In this document: piece by piece, positions 18,059 through 29,075 of the stretch | Position numbering within the stretch: the first letter of the stretch is position 1 | How the letters are laid out: every line of letters begins with the position of its first letter | Assembly (NCBI GenBank): GCA_963833985.1 | Contig: CAWIAD010000001.1 | Location: forward strand, 2,464,001-2,528,000 | Direction of reading: 5' to 3' | DNA length: 64,000 nt | DNA from: an uncultured Planctomycetaceae bacterium | Lineage (GTDB): Bacteria; Planctomycetota; Planctomycetia; Isosphaerales; Isosphaeraceae | The notes under the pieces: generated by a model | Seen by the model: the letters and a program-made list of their open reading frames with translations, nothing else | The model's database searches: none | What the model was told of the DNA's origin: nothing | Translations under genes and position numbers: made by a program

Positions 18059-18881
18059 AGCTTGCCCATCAGAAAGGCCGTGGGGAGTGCTGGCAAATAC
18101 GTGGGAGAACAGCCGATTCATACCGAACCTCGAATGGCCCTCTTGATCTGCTGCTCAGGAAGTGCCTTCCCGGCGTTTACCGACGACGCGGGAAGGATCA
18201 ACGCGGGAGGATAATGCGATGCTGTGCCAGCAAGAGGATGCTCCAGCATGCCGATGGATCGCGGCGGCGGCTCACAAAAGCACAGCCGCGAATGGAATCA
18301 GCTTCGGTGGCGAGGAGCGAACGACGACCGTGGCAAATAAGGTTCGACGGATCAAAACGGTTGAAGGCAACGCAGAGAACCGAGCGGATCGGGCTTCGAG
18401 TCGGTTTCAGCTTCGCCAGCCGAGCGCCGATGTTCCAACCTCGAACGGTGTCAGCCGGTTTGGGTTGGAGGTCGCTGAGAAGACCAGGCATCGATCAACC
18501 GTCGAGACCGATCATGCCGAACTTCTGGAAAGGAATCTGGGTTCCTCTTGCGCCACCGTATCGAATGACGTCGGCACGAATGCACGTCGCACCTCTAGGC
18601 GTTTTCTCGCTCGACACCTCATCGCGTCGGGAGGTGACAGACTGTTCGCGGGAGGTCGAGGAGCCCGTGTCCAGAATACTAGGTGTCCAGGTCGAGAGTT
18701 ATTCGGACACGCCGTTTTTGCCAGCCTCAGAAGCGGCAGCGAGTGACGTATTGTCGTGATGTTTGAGTCATCCACCATCCATATCGAAGTCCGAAGACGA
18801 CGCTGAAGTGTTAGCGACATTCCAAAAGGTTAACACTTATTAACGGTTCTTTAAGCGAGTGGTGGTAGACTAAAATGAGGC

Positions 18882-21557
18882 ATGATACGCATCTCTCAAC
18901 AAGACAGTGCCGCCGCCGCCAAGGGCTATTACTCGAAATCCGATTATTATTCGGAAGGCCAAGAACTGGTCGGCATGTGGGGCGGCAAGGGCGCAAATCA
19001 CTTGGGACTGTCGGGGACGGTCGACAAGGAATCGTTCGATCGCCTTTCCGATAACCTTCATCCGCTGACCGGTGAGCAATTGACGGTTCGTACTCGGGCT
19101 GAGCGTACCGTCGGATACGACTTCACATTCTCGGTCCCCAAGAGCGTCTCGCTGCTTTACGGGCGCACCGGTAACTCGCAAATCCTCGATGCCTTTCGTT
19201 CGTCAGTCGATGAGACGATGCACGAGATGGAAGGCGAGATGCAGACCCGGGTCCGAACAGGAAAGCAGGACAGTAACCGCGTTACGGGAAATATGGTCTG
19301 GGCTGAGTTCATCCACACGACCTCTCGGCCGGTGGACGGTATTCCCGACCCGCAACTTCACGCCCACGTCTTCGTGTTCAATTCGACCTGGGATCGAGAG
19401 GAGGACCGCTGGAAAGCGGGCCAGTTTCGCGAACTGAAGCGAGACGCCCCCTATTTTCAGGCGGCGTTCCGCGTGCGGCTCGCGAACAAGCTGCAAGATC
19501 TCGGATTCGGAGTCGAACGCAAACGCGACGATTTCGAGGTCCAGGGAATTCCCGCCGACATCTTGAAACGCTTCTCGCGGCGGACGGAACTCATCGAGAA
19601 GGTGGCCGAGGAAAAGGGCATTACCAGCCCGGACCGCAAGGCCGAACTCGGGGCCGAGACGAGGGAGACGAAAGACCGCGAACTGAGCTTGCCGCAACTT
19701 CGCGATGCGTGGAATGACCGTCTCACGCTGCAGGAACGCCATCTGCTCGACGGCGTCTCCAACCGTGACACGCAATATGCACGACCCGAGTTCGGCGAGG
19801 CGAGGGCCGTGGATCACGCAATTGCCCATAGCTTCGTACGGGACGCCGTTCTGCCTGAACGAAAGCTCGTAACTGAAGCTTTGAAGCGGGGCTTGGGCTC
19901 GGTGACGGTGGAAGGCGTTTCCCAGGAGATGAAGAAGAGACCGTTGATCCGGAGCGCCTTTGGCGGGCGGGACATGGCCACGACCAAGGAAATGGTGTCG
20001 CTGGAAGCCAAGGCGATCGCTTTCGCTCGCGACGGTCGTGGACGTTTCCGGCCTCTGGGCGATCCGAAGCGGGAATGTTCGCGGGAGTGGTTCAACGATG
20101 GCCAGAAGGCGGCCGTACGGCATGTGCTTGGATCACGAGACCGCGTGATGATCATCCGGGGCGTCGCTGGAACGGGGAAAACGACCCTTGAACAGGAGAT
20201 CGGCGAGGCATTGTCTGAAGCGGGCAAGCCGGTCGTCGCCATCGCCCAGTCGGTGAAGGCCAGCCGTGAGATCCTCCGCCAGGAAGCAGGCTTTGAATCG
20301 GCTGATACCGTGGCGATGTTTCTGAAGGACAAGCAGATGCAAGAGGCGGCTAGGAACGGCGTCATCCTCGTCGATGAGGCATCCCAGCTCGGCACCGTGG
20401 ACATGATGAAGGTCTTTGAAGTCGCCGAGCAAACCAACGCTCGCGTGGTCCTGGTCGGCGATCGACGCCAGCACCGATCGGTTACGGCGGGCGAGCCCTT
20501 GCGGCTCCTGGAGGAGAAGGCGGGCGTTCGCGTGGCGGAAGTCAGCGAGATCCTGCGCCAGAAGGGCGACTACAAGAAAGCCGCCAAGGCCCTCAGTGAA
20601 GGGAATACCGAAGACGCCTTCAAGGTACTCGACAAGCTTGGCTGGATCAGGGAGATGGGTGACAAGGAGCGTTACCAGGTTCTGGCCGATGCCTATCTCA
20701 CAGCGGCGTCTGAGACGAAAGCTGGCGGCGGGCACAAGTCGGCACTCGTCGTTTCTCCGACCCACGCTGAGGCGGGCAGCATCACTGCGGCCATCCGTGC
20801 CGGGCTGAAGTCTGATGGCCGCATCAGCGGCGAGCAGGTGCTCACCACCTGGGTGCCCACGCACCCGACCGATGCCCAGAAGCGGGACGCGACGCAGTAC
20901 GATCCGGGATACATGCTTCAGTTCCACCAGAATGCCAAGGGCTTCAAGAAAGGGGCACGGCTGGTGATGGGCGAAGAGACAAAGCCCCCCGTAACAATGG
21001 CAGGCTCGTTTGAAGTCTACCGTCCCTTGCCGTTGTCCGTCGGCGTCGGTGATCGAATCCGACTCACCGCTGGTGGCAAGACCAAAGACGGCGAGCACCG
21101 CTTGAGCAATGGCTCGATGTTTACCGTCCAGGGTTTCACGAAACGAGGCGACCTGATCGTGGATCACGGCTGGGTAATCGAGAGGGAATTCGGGCACCTC
21201 TCGCACGGCTACGTCGTGACCAGCCATGCGAGTCAGGGGGCGACTGTGGACAAAGTCATCATCGGCCTTTCGAGCGAGTCCTTCCCGGCAACGTATCAGC
21301 GGACCGCCTACGTTGCGCTCACGCGGGGCAAGGAGCAGGCGTTGATTTTCACTGACGACAAAGATGGTTTGCTCAAGGCGATGAGCAGGCCGGACGATCC
21401 GCTGTCAGCGACGGAGGTCGCTGAGTCGGAGAAACAGGCCACTCCGGTCAAGGCCCGCCGTCCCATGTCACAGCCGTTGCTGGGGCACGACCTTGGCAAT
21501 TATCGCGATGTCAGGCAACTGTCCCAACCGATGCAGGAAATGAGCCATGAGCGATGA
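18882..21557 (+). CDS. MobF relaxase-helicase (TrwC-like)
   Basis: YY...DYY, YDFTFSVPKSVS, HTTSRP...DPQLHAH; helicase motifs GVAGTGKT, DEASQ, GDRRQH, TSHASQGATVD. Confidence 0.95.
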   Translation: MIRISQQDSAAAAKGYYSKSDYYSEGQELVGMWGGKGANHLGLSGTVDKESFDRLSDNLHPLTGEQLTVRTRAERTVGYDFTFSVPKSVSLLYGRTGNSQILDAFRSSVDETMHEMEGEMQTRVRTGKQDSNRVTGNMVWAEFIHTTSRPVDGIPDPQLHAHVFVFNSTWDREEDRWKAGQFRELKRDAPYFQAAFRVRLANKLQDLGFGVERKRDDFEVQGIPADILKRFSRRTELIEKVAEEKGITSPDRKAELGAETRETKDRELSLPQLRDAWNDRLTLQERHLLDGVSNRDTQYARPEFGEARAVDHAIAHSFVRDAVLPERKLVTEALKRGLGSVTVEGVSQEMKKRPLIRSAFGGRDMATTKEMVSLEAKAIAFARDGRGRFRPLGDPKRECSREWFNDGQKAAVRHVLGSRDRVMIIRGVAGTGKTTLEQEIGEALSEAGKPVVAIAQSVKASREILRQEAGFESADTVAMFLKDKQMQEAARNGVILVDEASQLGTVDMMKVFEVAEQTNARVVLVGDRRQHRSVTAGEPLRLLEEKAGVRVAEVSEILRQKGDYKKAAKALSEGNTEDAFKVLDKLGWIREMGDKERYQVLADAYLTAASETKAGGGHKSALVVSPTHAEAGSITAAIRAGLKSDGRISGEQVLTTWVPTHPTDAQKRDATQYDPGYMLQFHQNAKGFKKGARLVMGEETKPPVTMAGSFEVYRPLPLSVGVGDRIRLTAGGKTKDGEHRLSNGSMFTVQGFTKRGDLIVDHGWVIEREFGHLSHGYVVTSHASQGATVDKVIIGLSSESFPATYQRTAYVALTRGKEQALIFTDDKDGLLKAMSRPDDPLSATEVAESEKQATPVKARRPMSQPLLGHDLGNYRDVRQLSQPMQEMSHER

Positions 21558-22065
21558 CCGAACACATCAAGATCGCCTGCGAGGCGCATTATTCTCCGAC
21601 GGCAAGGCTCCGGAGCCGCTCAAGAAGGACGATGACGGAGGGAATGAAGGATCGTGCGCGGCCTTCGGGTACCTTCGGGGCATCCGTGATTCTTCGACGT
21701 CGGTAGAGTTCCGTTTTCGCTCTGGCAACAGCATGTGGTTTCCGTACTCGTGGCTTGGTCCCTGGCGGTATGATCCCAGTGAAGGACTATTGCTCAAATT
21801 CTCAGGCGATGTAGTGTATCTGATTCTGATCAAGGGAAGCAATCTTGCCAAGCCCCTCGCAGACAGCTCGATCAACCTAACACATGCTGGTTTGCAGCGC
21901 TCGCGTGTGCTCTGGGTTCGGGAAATGACCGGCGACGAGATCGAGCGTGTTGGGGACACTGCGCCTACGATCGACAGTATCCTGATCGGCGAATTTACCG
22001 ACCAAGAGTCACGCCGCGAGTGGCTCCAGACGCACGCTCCAGCGTTCTTCGACAATCCTGCCTGA
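21547..22065 (+). CDS. Hypothetical protein coupled to the relaxase
   Basis: 172-aa ORF overlapping the relaxase stop. Confidence 0.65.
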   Translation: MSDDRTHQDRLRGALFSDGKAPEPLKKDDDGGNEGSCAAFGYLRGIRDSSTSVEFRFRSGNSMWFPYSWLGPWRYDPSEGLLLKFSGDVVYLILIKGSNLAKPLADSSINLTHAGLQRSRVLWVREMTGDEIERVGDTAPTIDSILIGEFTDQESRREWLQTHAPAFFDNPA

Positions 22066-22441
22066 GACAACTCACCCCGGCTGAAAACCGTTGCCCTATT
22101 TACCTCTTCTGTCGGGGGCTGCTTCGCCCATCGCGGAGTTTAATTGCTGGGCTTGTCATAAAATTTCCTTTCTGTTGTCAGGTCGCATCATCGCGTCCAT
22201 ATCAAATCGACCGCACGGGTCATGGGCGTGGCGCAGCGCACCGGTCAACCGAAGACCGGAAGGCTTCCTCGGGAGAGCCGGTCTGGCAGGTTTACCGGCA
22301 CGACGACTCGTGCAGATTGCGTGTAAGAACGCCTTGCGAAATGAATTAGCGGGAAAGGATGTCGATATGAAAAGCCAGCACGTACGCCGTCGGAAAGGTA
22401 AGCGCTAGTCGATCTGGATAGGAAACACCGCTCAGAGGTGA

Positions 22442-22654
22442 CTACTCGCCTTCCGTGAAGCAATCCTCGACCGGCGGGGCCGACGGATCGGACTGGAAAT
22501 GATCGCCCTCAAGCTCTGGGCCTATGCCGTGCCGCGCCATGAGCTTCAGCAGCTCACTGACTCTGTCCAGGTCTAGGGCGTCCATCGCCTCGTATTTGTC
22601 GATCTTCCCGCTCCGGTAGTCCAAGAGAACCTGACGGATGGCGTCGTTTTCCAT
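22442..22654 (-). CDS. Small HTH-like hypothetical protein
   Basis: AGGAG RBS; YRSGKIDKYEAMDALDL...LMARHGI (UPF0175-like pattern). Confidence 0.4.
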   Translation of the reverse strand: MENDAIRQVLLDYRSGKIDKYEAMDALDLDRVSELLKLMARHGIGPELEGDHFQSDPSAPPVEDCFTEGE

Positions 22655-23264
22655 GTGGCGATACTCCTGGGCGCCCTTCTCCCGGCAGGATCGAATCCTC
22701 GCGCCGTTCATCTTTGAGGGTGAGTTTTAGGGCTTGGAAATGGTCTTCTTCAAGCACCTGATCATTTTAGTGTGAAATTAATAGGCACGAATCCGAGGTT
22801 TTCCAGCTAACAGTGGCTGGAATTAAGCGATAGTAAGCCATCTTCGCATTGTCTCCTCGAAGTTTTTCGAAAGGATGCGTGCTCGCTCTTCGGCTCTGCA
22901 TTGCGCTATCTAGAATTCTTTTAGAGGCCGAGCAGACCAAGTGACGGGAGCAAGTGACCTCGGGGCGAACTTCGCGCTTGGCTGTTTGCGTTTCCATCGG
23001 TCAGCCGCCCAAGCCCGCACAAATTCTACGTTCTTTGTGACCCGCCCCAATCGCGCCGGGGTTGTCTAGCTTCAAGTGTTTGTCCTTGAAGTATTTAGGG
23101 ACCATTCGTGCGCGGTCTTCGTGAGGTATTCCGCAAGGCTTTGGATTGGTTTCGGGGCTCTGCAACGGACGACCTCGATAATTTGTGCAGTGGTCCGAGC
23201 AGAACGAGTGAAGTGAGCATGAGACGGCCGCGGCAAACGACATTTTTTGAGGGAGATTCCCACG

Positions 23265-24059
23265 ATGGAAGGCAAGCGAACCAGAGTCAAGATCGCCGAC
23301 CTGAAACGTCGGCCCATGCGTCAGCATAGCGGGACAAAGGAGGAGCTGAAAGCGCTTGCCCTATCATGGCTTGAGCGCCCGGTTCACGACATCATCGTAA
23401 CTCCTAGCATGAGGCTTGTAGACGGCCACCGCCGCACTGATGGGCTGGAGATGATTGGCGAAACCGAGATCGAAGTCTTCATGACCGATGAGGAGCTTGA
23501 CGACAAGGCCGTCCTTGAGGTGGGGCTGACGACCGCCATCCACCGTGCCGACTTGTCGGGATTCGATAAGTTCCAGGCGTGCGAGAAGCTGATGGATATC
23601 CATCCAGAATGGCAAAATCAGGACCTAGCGCAGTGCTTGAAAGTCGATCCATCGACGGTGACCCGGTTCCGCTCTCCCTCGAAGTGCGTCGCTGAAGTGG
23701 TGGAGGCACTCCGAGAGAACAAGATCGCGATCAGCGATGCGTACGAAATCAGTAAAGCCGTCGACCGCGAGGACCAGCTCCGGCTGCTGAGCCTTAAGTG
23801 CGCGGGAGCCAACCGGGAAGCTCTGGCGGCGCAAGGTCGCAAGCAGCGAGCGGCGGCAACGCCTGCCGTTCGTGTCAGCAAGATCAAGTGCCCCTTGCCT
23901 TCGGGGCAGGTCATTACCGTCTCAGGGCAGGAACTGAGCCTCGATGAAGCGATTGACTCGCTGAAAGAGGCGATTAAGGCGATGAGCAAAGCGCGGGATA
24001 CTGGCCTCGATGCAAAGACGGCCATGGCGGTGTGGAAGGACATGGCTAAGGCCGGTTAG
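23265..24059 (+). CDS. ParB/Srx N-terminal-domain DNA-binding protein
   Basis: LVDGHRR motif; HTH QDLAQCLKVDPSTVTR. Confidence 0.8.
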   Translation: MEGKRTRVKIADLKRRPMRQHSGTKEELKALALSWLERPVHDIIVTPSMRLVDGHRRTDGLEMIGETEIEVFMTDEELDDKAVLEVGLTTAIHRADLSGFDKFQACEKLMDIHPEWQNQDLAQCLKVDPSTVTRFRSPSKCVAEVVEALRENKIAISDAYEISKAVDREDQLRLLSLKCAGANREALAAQGRKQRAAATPAVRVSKIKCPLPSGQVITVSGQELSLDEAIDSLKEAIKAMSKARDTGLDAKTAMAVWKDMAKAG

Positions 24060-24185
24060 GCCGATGGCGCTCTAAGATGTGAGCAATCTATCGCAACAGT
24101 ATACGTCAGCCTGCCGGAATCGTTTTCGGCGGGGACGTGAAAAGTGCGCCCCCAGCTAGGGGGATTTCAAGAACAGAGGTTCGAG

Positions 24186-24350
24186 ATGTTATTTCTCTTG
24201 CACGGGTTCGTCTGGATGATGATTTTGCTCGCCGGGTTGATCGTGTTGGCGAGGAAGATGTTCGCGAACGCGAACCCAGAAATTAAGGCTGCCACGAGGA
24301 AGGCGGCTGCTGAGAAGGCGACTCAACTGATCAATCGCTTCTTGAATTAA
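24186..24350 (+). CDS. Small membrane protein
   Basis: GAGG RBS, one hydrophobic helix, basic tail. Confidence 0.5.
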   Translation: MLFLLHGFVWMMILLAGLIVLARKMFANANPEIKAATRKAAAEKATQLINRFLN

Positions 24351-24401
24351 CCATGACGGGCGGCGGAAACGTCGCCCCTCTAACAACAACGGAGAATTCC
24401 C

Positions 24402-26144
24402 ATGTATGCGTTATCTCGGCTCATGTTGATCCTCACCGTTATTGGCTGCTGCGGCTGCCTGGTGGCTTTTGCATCGGTCGGTGGTGGGGTTGCCCTTATC
24501 GCCGTTCCCATCGCTCTCATCGCGGTCGCTGTCCGGCGTCGATCTGGAGTGTTCACCGCCCATGGTACCGCTAGATGGGCAACGCTCAAAGATTTGCAGT
24601 ACGCCGGAATGGTTGGCGCTAAGAGCGGGCCGATCATCGGCAGAATGGCGAATAACGCCAAGACTCCGCTCCTGAAAGCCCTGAATGATCTATTCAGGTT
24701 CAGGGTTTCGTCCAAGGCGGCTTGCGAGCAGTTCTTCGATGCGATCCGGTACTTCAATCGACCGCAGCGGCAGTCAGAGCTGATAAGGCTCCCGAACGCC
24801 GTGCATACGGCAGTGTTCGCACCCACGGGGGTTGGCAAGGGCGTTTCGTGCGTGATCCCGTTCCTCATGACATCTCGTGAGTCAGCCGTCGTCGTGGACC
24901 CAAAGGGTGAAAACTATCAACTAACAGCCGGGCATCGGCAGAAGGTGTTTGGCCACCAGATCGTAGCGCTCGACCCGTTCAAATTAGTTACGCAGACGCC
25001 GAATTCGTTCAACGTATTGGACTTCATCGACAAGGATTCGCCGACGGCTATCGATGAATGTCGTGACCTGGCCGAAGCTCTGGTGATTCGCACCGGCCAG
25101 GAGCGTGATCCACATTGGGTGGACTCAGCCGAGGCGTGGATCGCCGCCCTGACTGCCCTCGTTGTGCACTACGGCGAGCCGAATGACCGGTCGCTGCAAA
25201 CAGTGCGTACTCTGCTGGCGAGTCCAGAGAAGCTGGAGATGGCGATCAAGCTTATGAGTGCCTCTGAGGCATGGGACGGAATGCTGGCACGCATGGGCAA
25301 CCAGCTCACGCACTTTAAGGACAAGGAGCTGAACTCGGTGATGACCACGACGGGCCGCTTCCTTCGGTTCCTCGATACCTTGGCCGTCGCTGATAGCACA
25401 AAGACCAGCAGCTTTAATCCTGCCGATTTGCGGAAGGGAAAGATGACGGTGTACCTGATCCTTCCGCCTGAGCATATGCGGGCGCAGTCACCCTTGCTTC
25501 GGATGTGGATCGGCTCCTTACTTCGGGCTGTCGTTCGCGGCGGATTGCAGGAAGAAAACCTCGTCACCTACCTATTAGACGAGGCCGCATCCCTTGGCCA
25601 CATGGATGCCCTGGACGACGCGTTGACTGTCTACCGGGGGTATGGCGTCAGGCTCCAGTTCTTTTATCAGTCGGTTTCGCAGTTGAGGAAGTCTTTCCCT
25701 GACGGGCAAGACCAAGTGGTGCTCGGAAACGTTAGTCAAGTGTTCTTCGGAACTATGGAGCTTTCGACTGCGGAGTACGTCAGCAACCGGCTGGGTGAGC
25801 AGACCATCGTGGTGAGCAGCGGTGGGACGAGCACAGGTACGTCGCATCAGATGTCCGGCGAGGGGGATGGCAGCACAACCCACTCAAGGAATGCTTCTGA
25901 CAATTGGGCACAGCTCGGACGAAAGCTGCTGAAGACGGAAGAAGTGCTGGCTTTGGATAAGCGGATTGCCATCACCTTCACTCCGGGAGTGCCGCCGATC
26001 TGGACGACGCTGGTGCGGTACTACGAAGAATCGCTTTGCGGAGGCGGAGCCGGGTACTTGGAACGGTTCAAGGCGGCGGCTGGGGTGCTGTTCAAGTCAG
26101 CCGCCCTGCTGGCCATGGTGTGTGCGCTGATCTATTCGCTCTAG
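24402..26144 (+). CDS. Type IV coupling protein (VirD4/TraG family)
   Basis: N-terminal TMs, HGTARWA, Walker A APTGVGKG, VVDPKGE, Walker B LLDEAASLG. Confidence 0.92.
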   Translation: MYALSRLMLILTVIGCCGCLVAFASVGGGVALIAVPIALIAVAVRRRSGVFTAHGTARWATLKDLQYAGMVGAKSGPIIGRMANNAKTPLLKALNDLFRFRVSSKAACEQFFDAIRYFNRPQRQSELIRLPNAVHTAVFAPTGVGKGVSCVIPFLMTSRESAVVVDPKGENYQLTAGHRQKVFGHQIVALDPFKLVTQTPNSFNVLDFIDKDSPTAIDECRDLAEALVIRTGQERDPHWVDSAEAWIAALTALVVHYGEPNDRSLQTVRTLLASPEKLEMAIKLMSASEAWDGMLARMGNQLTHFKDKELNSVMTTTGRFLRFLDTLAVADSTKTSSFNPADLRKGKMTVYLILPPEHMRAQSPLLRMWIGSLLRAVVRGGLQEENLVTYLLDEAASLGHMDALDDALTVYRGYGVRLQFFYQSVSQLRKSFPDGQDQVVLGNVSQVFFGTMELSTAEYVSNRLGEQTIVVSSGGTSTGTSHQMSGEGDGSTTHSRNASDNWAQLGRKLLKTEEVLALDKRIAITFTPGVPPIWTTLVRYYEESLCGGGAGYLERFKAAAGVLFKSAALLAMVCALIYSL

Positions 26145-26163
26145 AAAAGAAAGGGGGTGAGCG

Positions 26164-26439
26164 ATGGCAGGAGAAGTGGAGGAAAGAGGTTTCGCCGATG
26201 TCATGGTTGATGCGATCGGAGCGATGTTTCCCGAAAAGGGAGGCACGATGGATCGAGTGATAACGCAAGGATCGGCGGAGCTTGCCTCGGCACTGTTCGG
26301 CGGTAGCGATGCCTACGTCGCCTACGGCGAAGGCCAGAAACCGATTGAGGTTGAGGCTCCGCAGATTCAACCAGAGCAGCCCGTGCAGGCTGTGGAAGCC
26401 CCGCAGGTTCAACAGGAACGCGGCGGGATGGAGATGTAA
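26164..26439 (+). CDS. Hypothetical protein
   Basis: RBS and a 91-aa ORF after virD4. Confidence 0.5.
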   Translation: MAGEVEERGFADVMVDAIGAMFPEKGGTMDRVITQGSAELASALFGGSDAYVAYGEGQKPIEVEAPQIQPEQPVQAVEAPQVQQERGGMEM

Positions 26440-26488
26440 CGACCGAAGCGTGTTTTATCAACGGCATCAACAAAGAAAGGACAGTGCA

Positions 26489-26677
26489 ATGCAATTCGTG
26501 AGTCAGGTGCTTTTCTTCGGAATCATCGTCTGGGTGTTCTGGATGATGACCTTCAGGCCAAAGCAGTTCATGGAACTGAACGAGCACGCGAAGCAAAACC
26601 AGAGGGACGCGCTGCGTGGCGCAGGAAAGGCCGCTGGCGTCGGGTTGAAAGTGCTCGGGATGTTCCTGAAGAAGTAA
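26489..26677 (+). CDS. Small membrane protein
   Basis: AAGGA RBS; hydrophobic N-terminus. Confidence 0.5.
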   Translation: MQFVSQVLFFGIIVWVFWMMTFRPKQFMELNEHAKQNQRDALRGAGKAAGVGLKVLGMFLKK

Positions 26678-26684
26678 CGAACCG

Positions 26685-26706
26685 GGCGGGGGCTTCGGCT
26701 CCCGCC
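26685..26706 (+). terminator. GC-rich hairpin after the operon (no U-tract)
   Basis: GGCGGGGGC-TTCG-GCTCCCGCC stem-loop. Confidence 0.4.
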
Positions 26707-26874
26707 GTCACTCAGTCGTCGGCGTGGCAGTTTCAGATACTCATGACAAAGAGAGGTGATAGCAATGCTTAGTCGCGTGATTCAGGAGATCGACTCGTAT
26801 CTGGCGTCCCCCATGAGGGACGCAACGGACAGTTGGGAAATCGAGGAACGCAGGTTTTTGCGTTACCTGCTCTC

Positions 26875-28158
26875 CAGGGCCAGCGCGCACTTTAGGCAGG
26901 CTTGGTAGGATGTAGGGGTTGCGCTTTGTGCCGTTTATTTGTATACCTCTCCGTGTGTGACATCGCTCCCGGCACACGGAGAATCCGCCATGGCAGATCA
27001 TCGACGTGTCTCTTTGGATGAGGTTGTGGCCCACTTTCAGCAATTGGAGGATCCACGCTCGACCATCAATCAGCGACATCCCCTGGTCAGTGTACTGGTT
27101 ATCGCCTTGCTGGCGGTGCTCGCCGGTGCCGCCGGGCCAACCGCGATCGGCGCTGGGCATCCCTGAAGCAGGAGCTTCTCCTTCAGGTGCTCGAGTTGCC
27201 CAACGGCGTGCCGCGCAAGGATGTCTTCCGCCGCGTCCTCATGATGCTGAAGCCGGCCGCCTTCCAGGCCTGCTTTGCCAGTTGGTTGCAGTCGTTGCGT
27301 ACGGCGGCGATCGCGGCGACCGGCGTGGAGCAACCCATCCTGGCTGTGGACGGCAAGACGGTGCGACGCAGCCACGACCACAAGAACGGTCTGGGTGCCC
27401 TGCATTCGGTCACCGTCTGGGCCAGCGAGTTCGGCCTCTCGCTGGGTCAGGTGGCCTGCGACGAAAAATCGAACGAAATCACGGCCATTCCCGAGCTTTT
27501 GAGGCTGGTGGACATCAAAGGGGCGATCATCACCATCGACGCGATGGGCACTCAGAAGGCAATCGCAGCGGAGATCATCAAGGGCAAGGCCGACTTTGTG
27601 CTGGCGCTGAAGGGGAACCAAGAGACGCTGCATCAGGCGGTCATCGATTACATCGACAAGCAACTCGATGGAGACATCTCCGATGCGCAAGAACATGTAA
27701 CGAATGAGCGTGGACATGGGCGTGAGGAGATGCGAACCTATCTCCAGCTCCCGGCCCCCAAGGAGCTGCCCGGCTTCGATCTGTGGGCGGGACTGAAGTC
27801 GATCGGGGTGGTGACGTCGCGCTGCCTTCGGGACGGGAAGGAATCTGTCGAAGTCCGCTACTACATCAGCAGTCTGGCCCTGGATGTGAAAACCTTCGCC
27901 CGAGCCGTTCGTGGGCACTGGGGTATCGAGAACAGCTGTCACTGGACGCTGGACATGAGCTTTCGCGAGGACGAATCGCGGCTCCGCGAGCGGCGGTTGA
28001 GAGAGAATTTCGCGTGGCTGAACCGCTTCGCGTTGTCGCTCTGCAAACAGCATCCTGGACGCCAAAGCGTCGTGATGAAGCGCCGGAGTTGCGGTTGGAG
28101 CGATACCTTCTTGATGGAAGTCGTTACTGGATCTACATGTTAGTGTGCGCTGGCCCTG
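26875..28158 (+). mobile_element. ISAs1-family insertion sequence
   Basis: Terminal IRs CAGGGCCAGCGCGCACT / AGTGTGCGCTGGCCCTG (16/17). 10-bp target duplication ACCTGCTCTC at 26865-26874 and 28159-28168. Confidence 0.95.
26990..28143 (+). CDS. ISAs1 transposase (frameshift near 27150)
   Basis: LEDPR, AVDGKT, KSNEITAIP, TIDAMGTQ, LKGNQ, RGHWGIEN...HW.LD..FRED. Confidence 0.9.
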
Positions 28159-28288
28159 ACCTGCTCTCGCAGCTTCAAACGCAGTTGGCCGTGATGAGCG
28201 TGGACAGGTGATCGTGGGGCGGGAGGTCGTTCTTCCCGCCTATCCCCTCGCTTTCAAAACAGAGTGAAGAAACGCAGAGGAGTCCAGC

Positions 28289-28657
28289 ATGAAGAAGATG
28301 CTTTTCGGGCCGGTTGGGAAGACGGTTGGTATGTTCATCTTCGGGCTAATCGCCTTGGGGCCGGCAGGGATCGCGGTTATTGCCGTGGTTTCGTTCTTGA
28401 TCGGAGTTCCGGTCGCCGTCATAGCTCGGTGCAGAAGGGGCAGCGGCTCATCGGCAGTAGCCGCCGAGTCCGAGCAGGCCGCCTCGGGCGACGATAACTC
28501 GTTCCGCAGCAGGTATGAGGCGATGAAACCAAAGGTTCTACGCGCGATGGTGTGCTTCTGGTTGGCAATCGTCGCGCTCATCGGGTGGAAGATGTATGAA
28601 GAGTATCGGTTTCAGCAGAACTGGCCGAGGGTCATGGAGCAGTTGGGAGAGCGATAG
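28289..28657 (+). CDS. Membrane hypothetical protein
   Basis: GAGGAG RBS, hydrophobic segments. Confidence 0.5.
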   Translation: MKKMLFGPVGKTVGMFIFGLIALGPAGIAVIAVVSFLIGVPVAVIARCRRGSGSSAVAAESEQAASGDDNSFRSRYEAMKPKVLRAMVCFWLAIVALIGWKMYEEYRFQQNWPRVMEQLGER

Positions 28658-28716
28658 AGGGGCGTCGTGATCGACTGGGCCGGGACCTCCACCGGCCATT
28701 TCTTCAGGGGGGGACC

Positions 28717-28899
28717 ATGTTCATCGAATCGCAAAGTGCCGATCCGGCCATTCACGCTCTGTGCATCAAGATCGCCAGAAGGTGCGTGTGGGTCATACAG
28801 GCCGTTCTGCGGGAAGAAGAGAGAGGATTGGCGGTCAACGAGTTTTACCGCGTGTGCCGCGAGGAATTGGACAAGCCTCGCGCGACGCCGGAGGTATAG
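28717..28899 (+). CDS. Small hypothetical protein
   Basis: 60 aa, RBS, operon position. Confidence 0.5.
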   Translation: MFIESQSADPAIHALCIKIARRCVWVIQAVLREEERGLAVNEFYRVCREELDKPRATPEV

Positions 28900-28901
28900 C
28901 G

Positions 28902-29075
28902 ATGGCCGACGAAACATCACTGAAAGAACAGTTCAAGGCAATTCTAGCAGAGCAGAAAACCGACTACCAAGCCGCACGTTTACGCGACACCGGGCAAGAT
29001 TACGAGAAGTTCATCAAAGAACGCACAGAGCGGGCGCTGGCTCGCATGCAGGGGAAGGAAGGGCGTGATTTATGA
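28902..29075 (+). CDS. Small hypothetical protein
   Basis: GGAGG RBS, MADETSLKEQF...; coupled to the next gene. Confidence 0.5.
   Translation: MADETSLKEQFKAILAEQKTDYQAARLRDTGQDYEKFIKERTERALARMQGKEGRDL

Noticed and set aside
18744..18757. CGTATTGTC resembling the R388 nic region as oriT
   Set aside because: Only a 9-nt match, no adjacent hairpin, and the orientation would transfer the relaxase first. oriT is probably somewhere in 18100-18880 but was not located.
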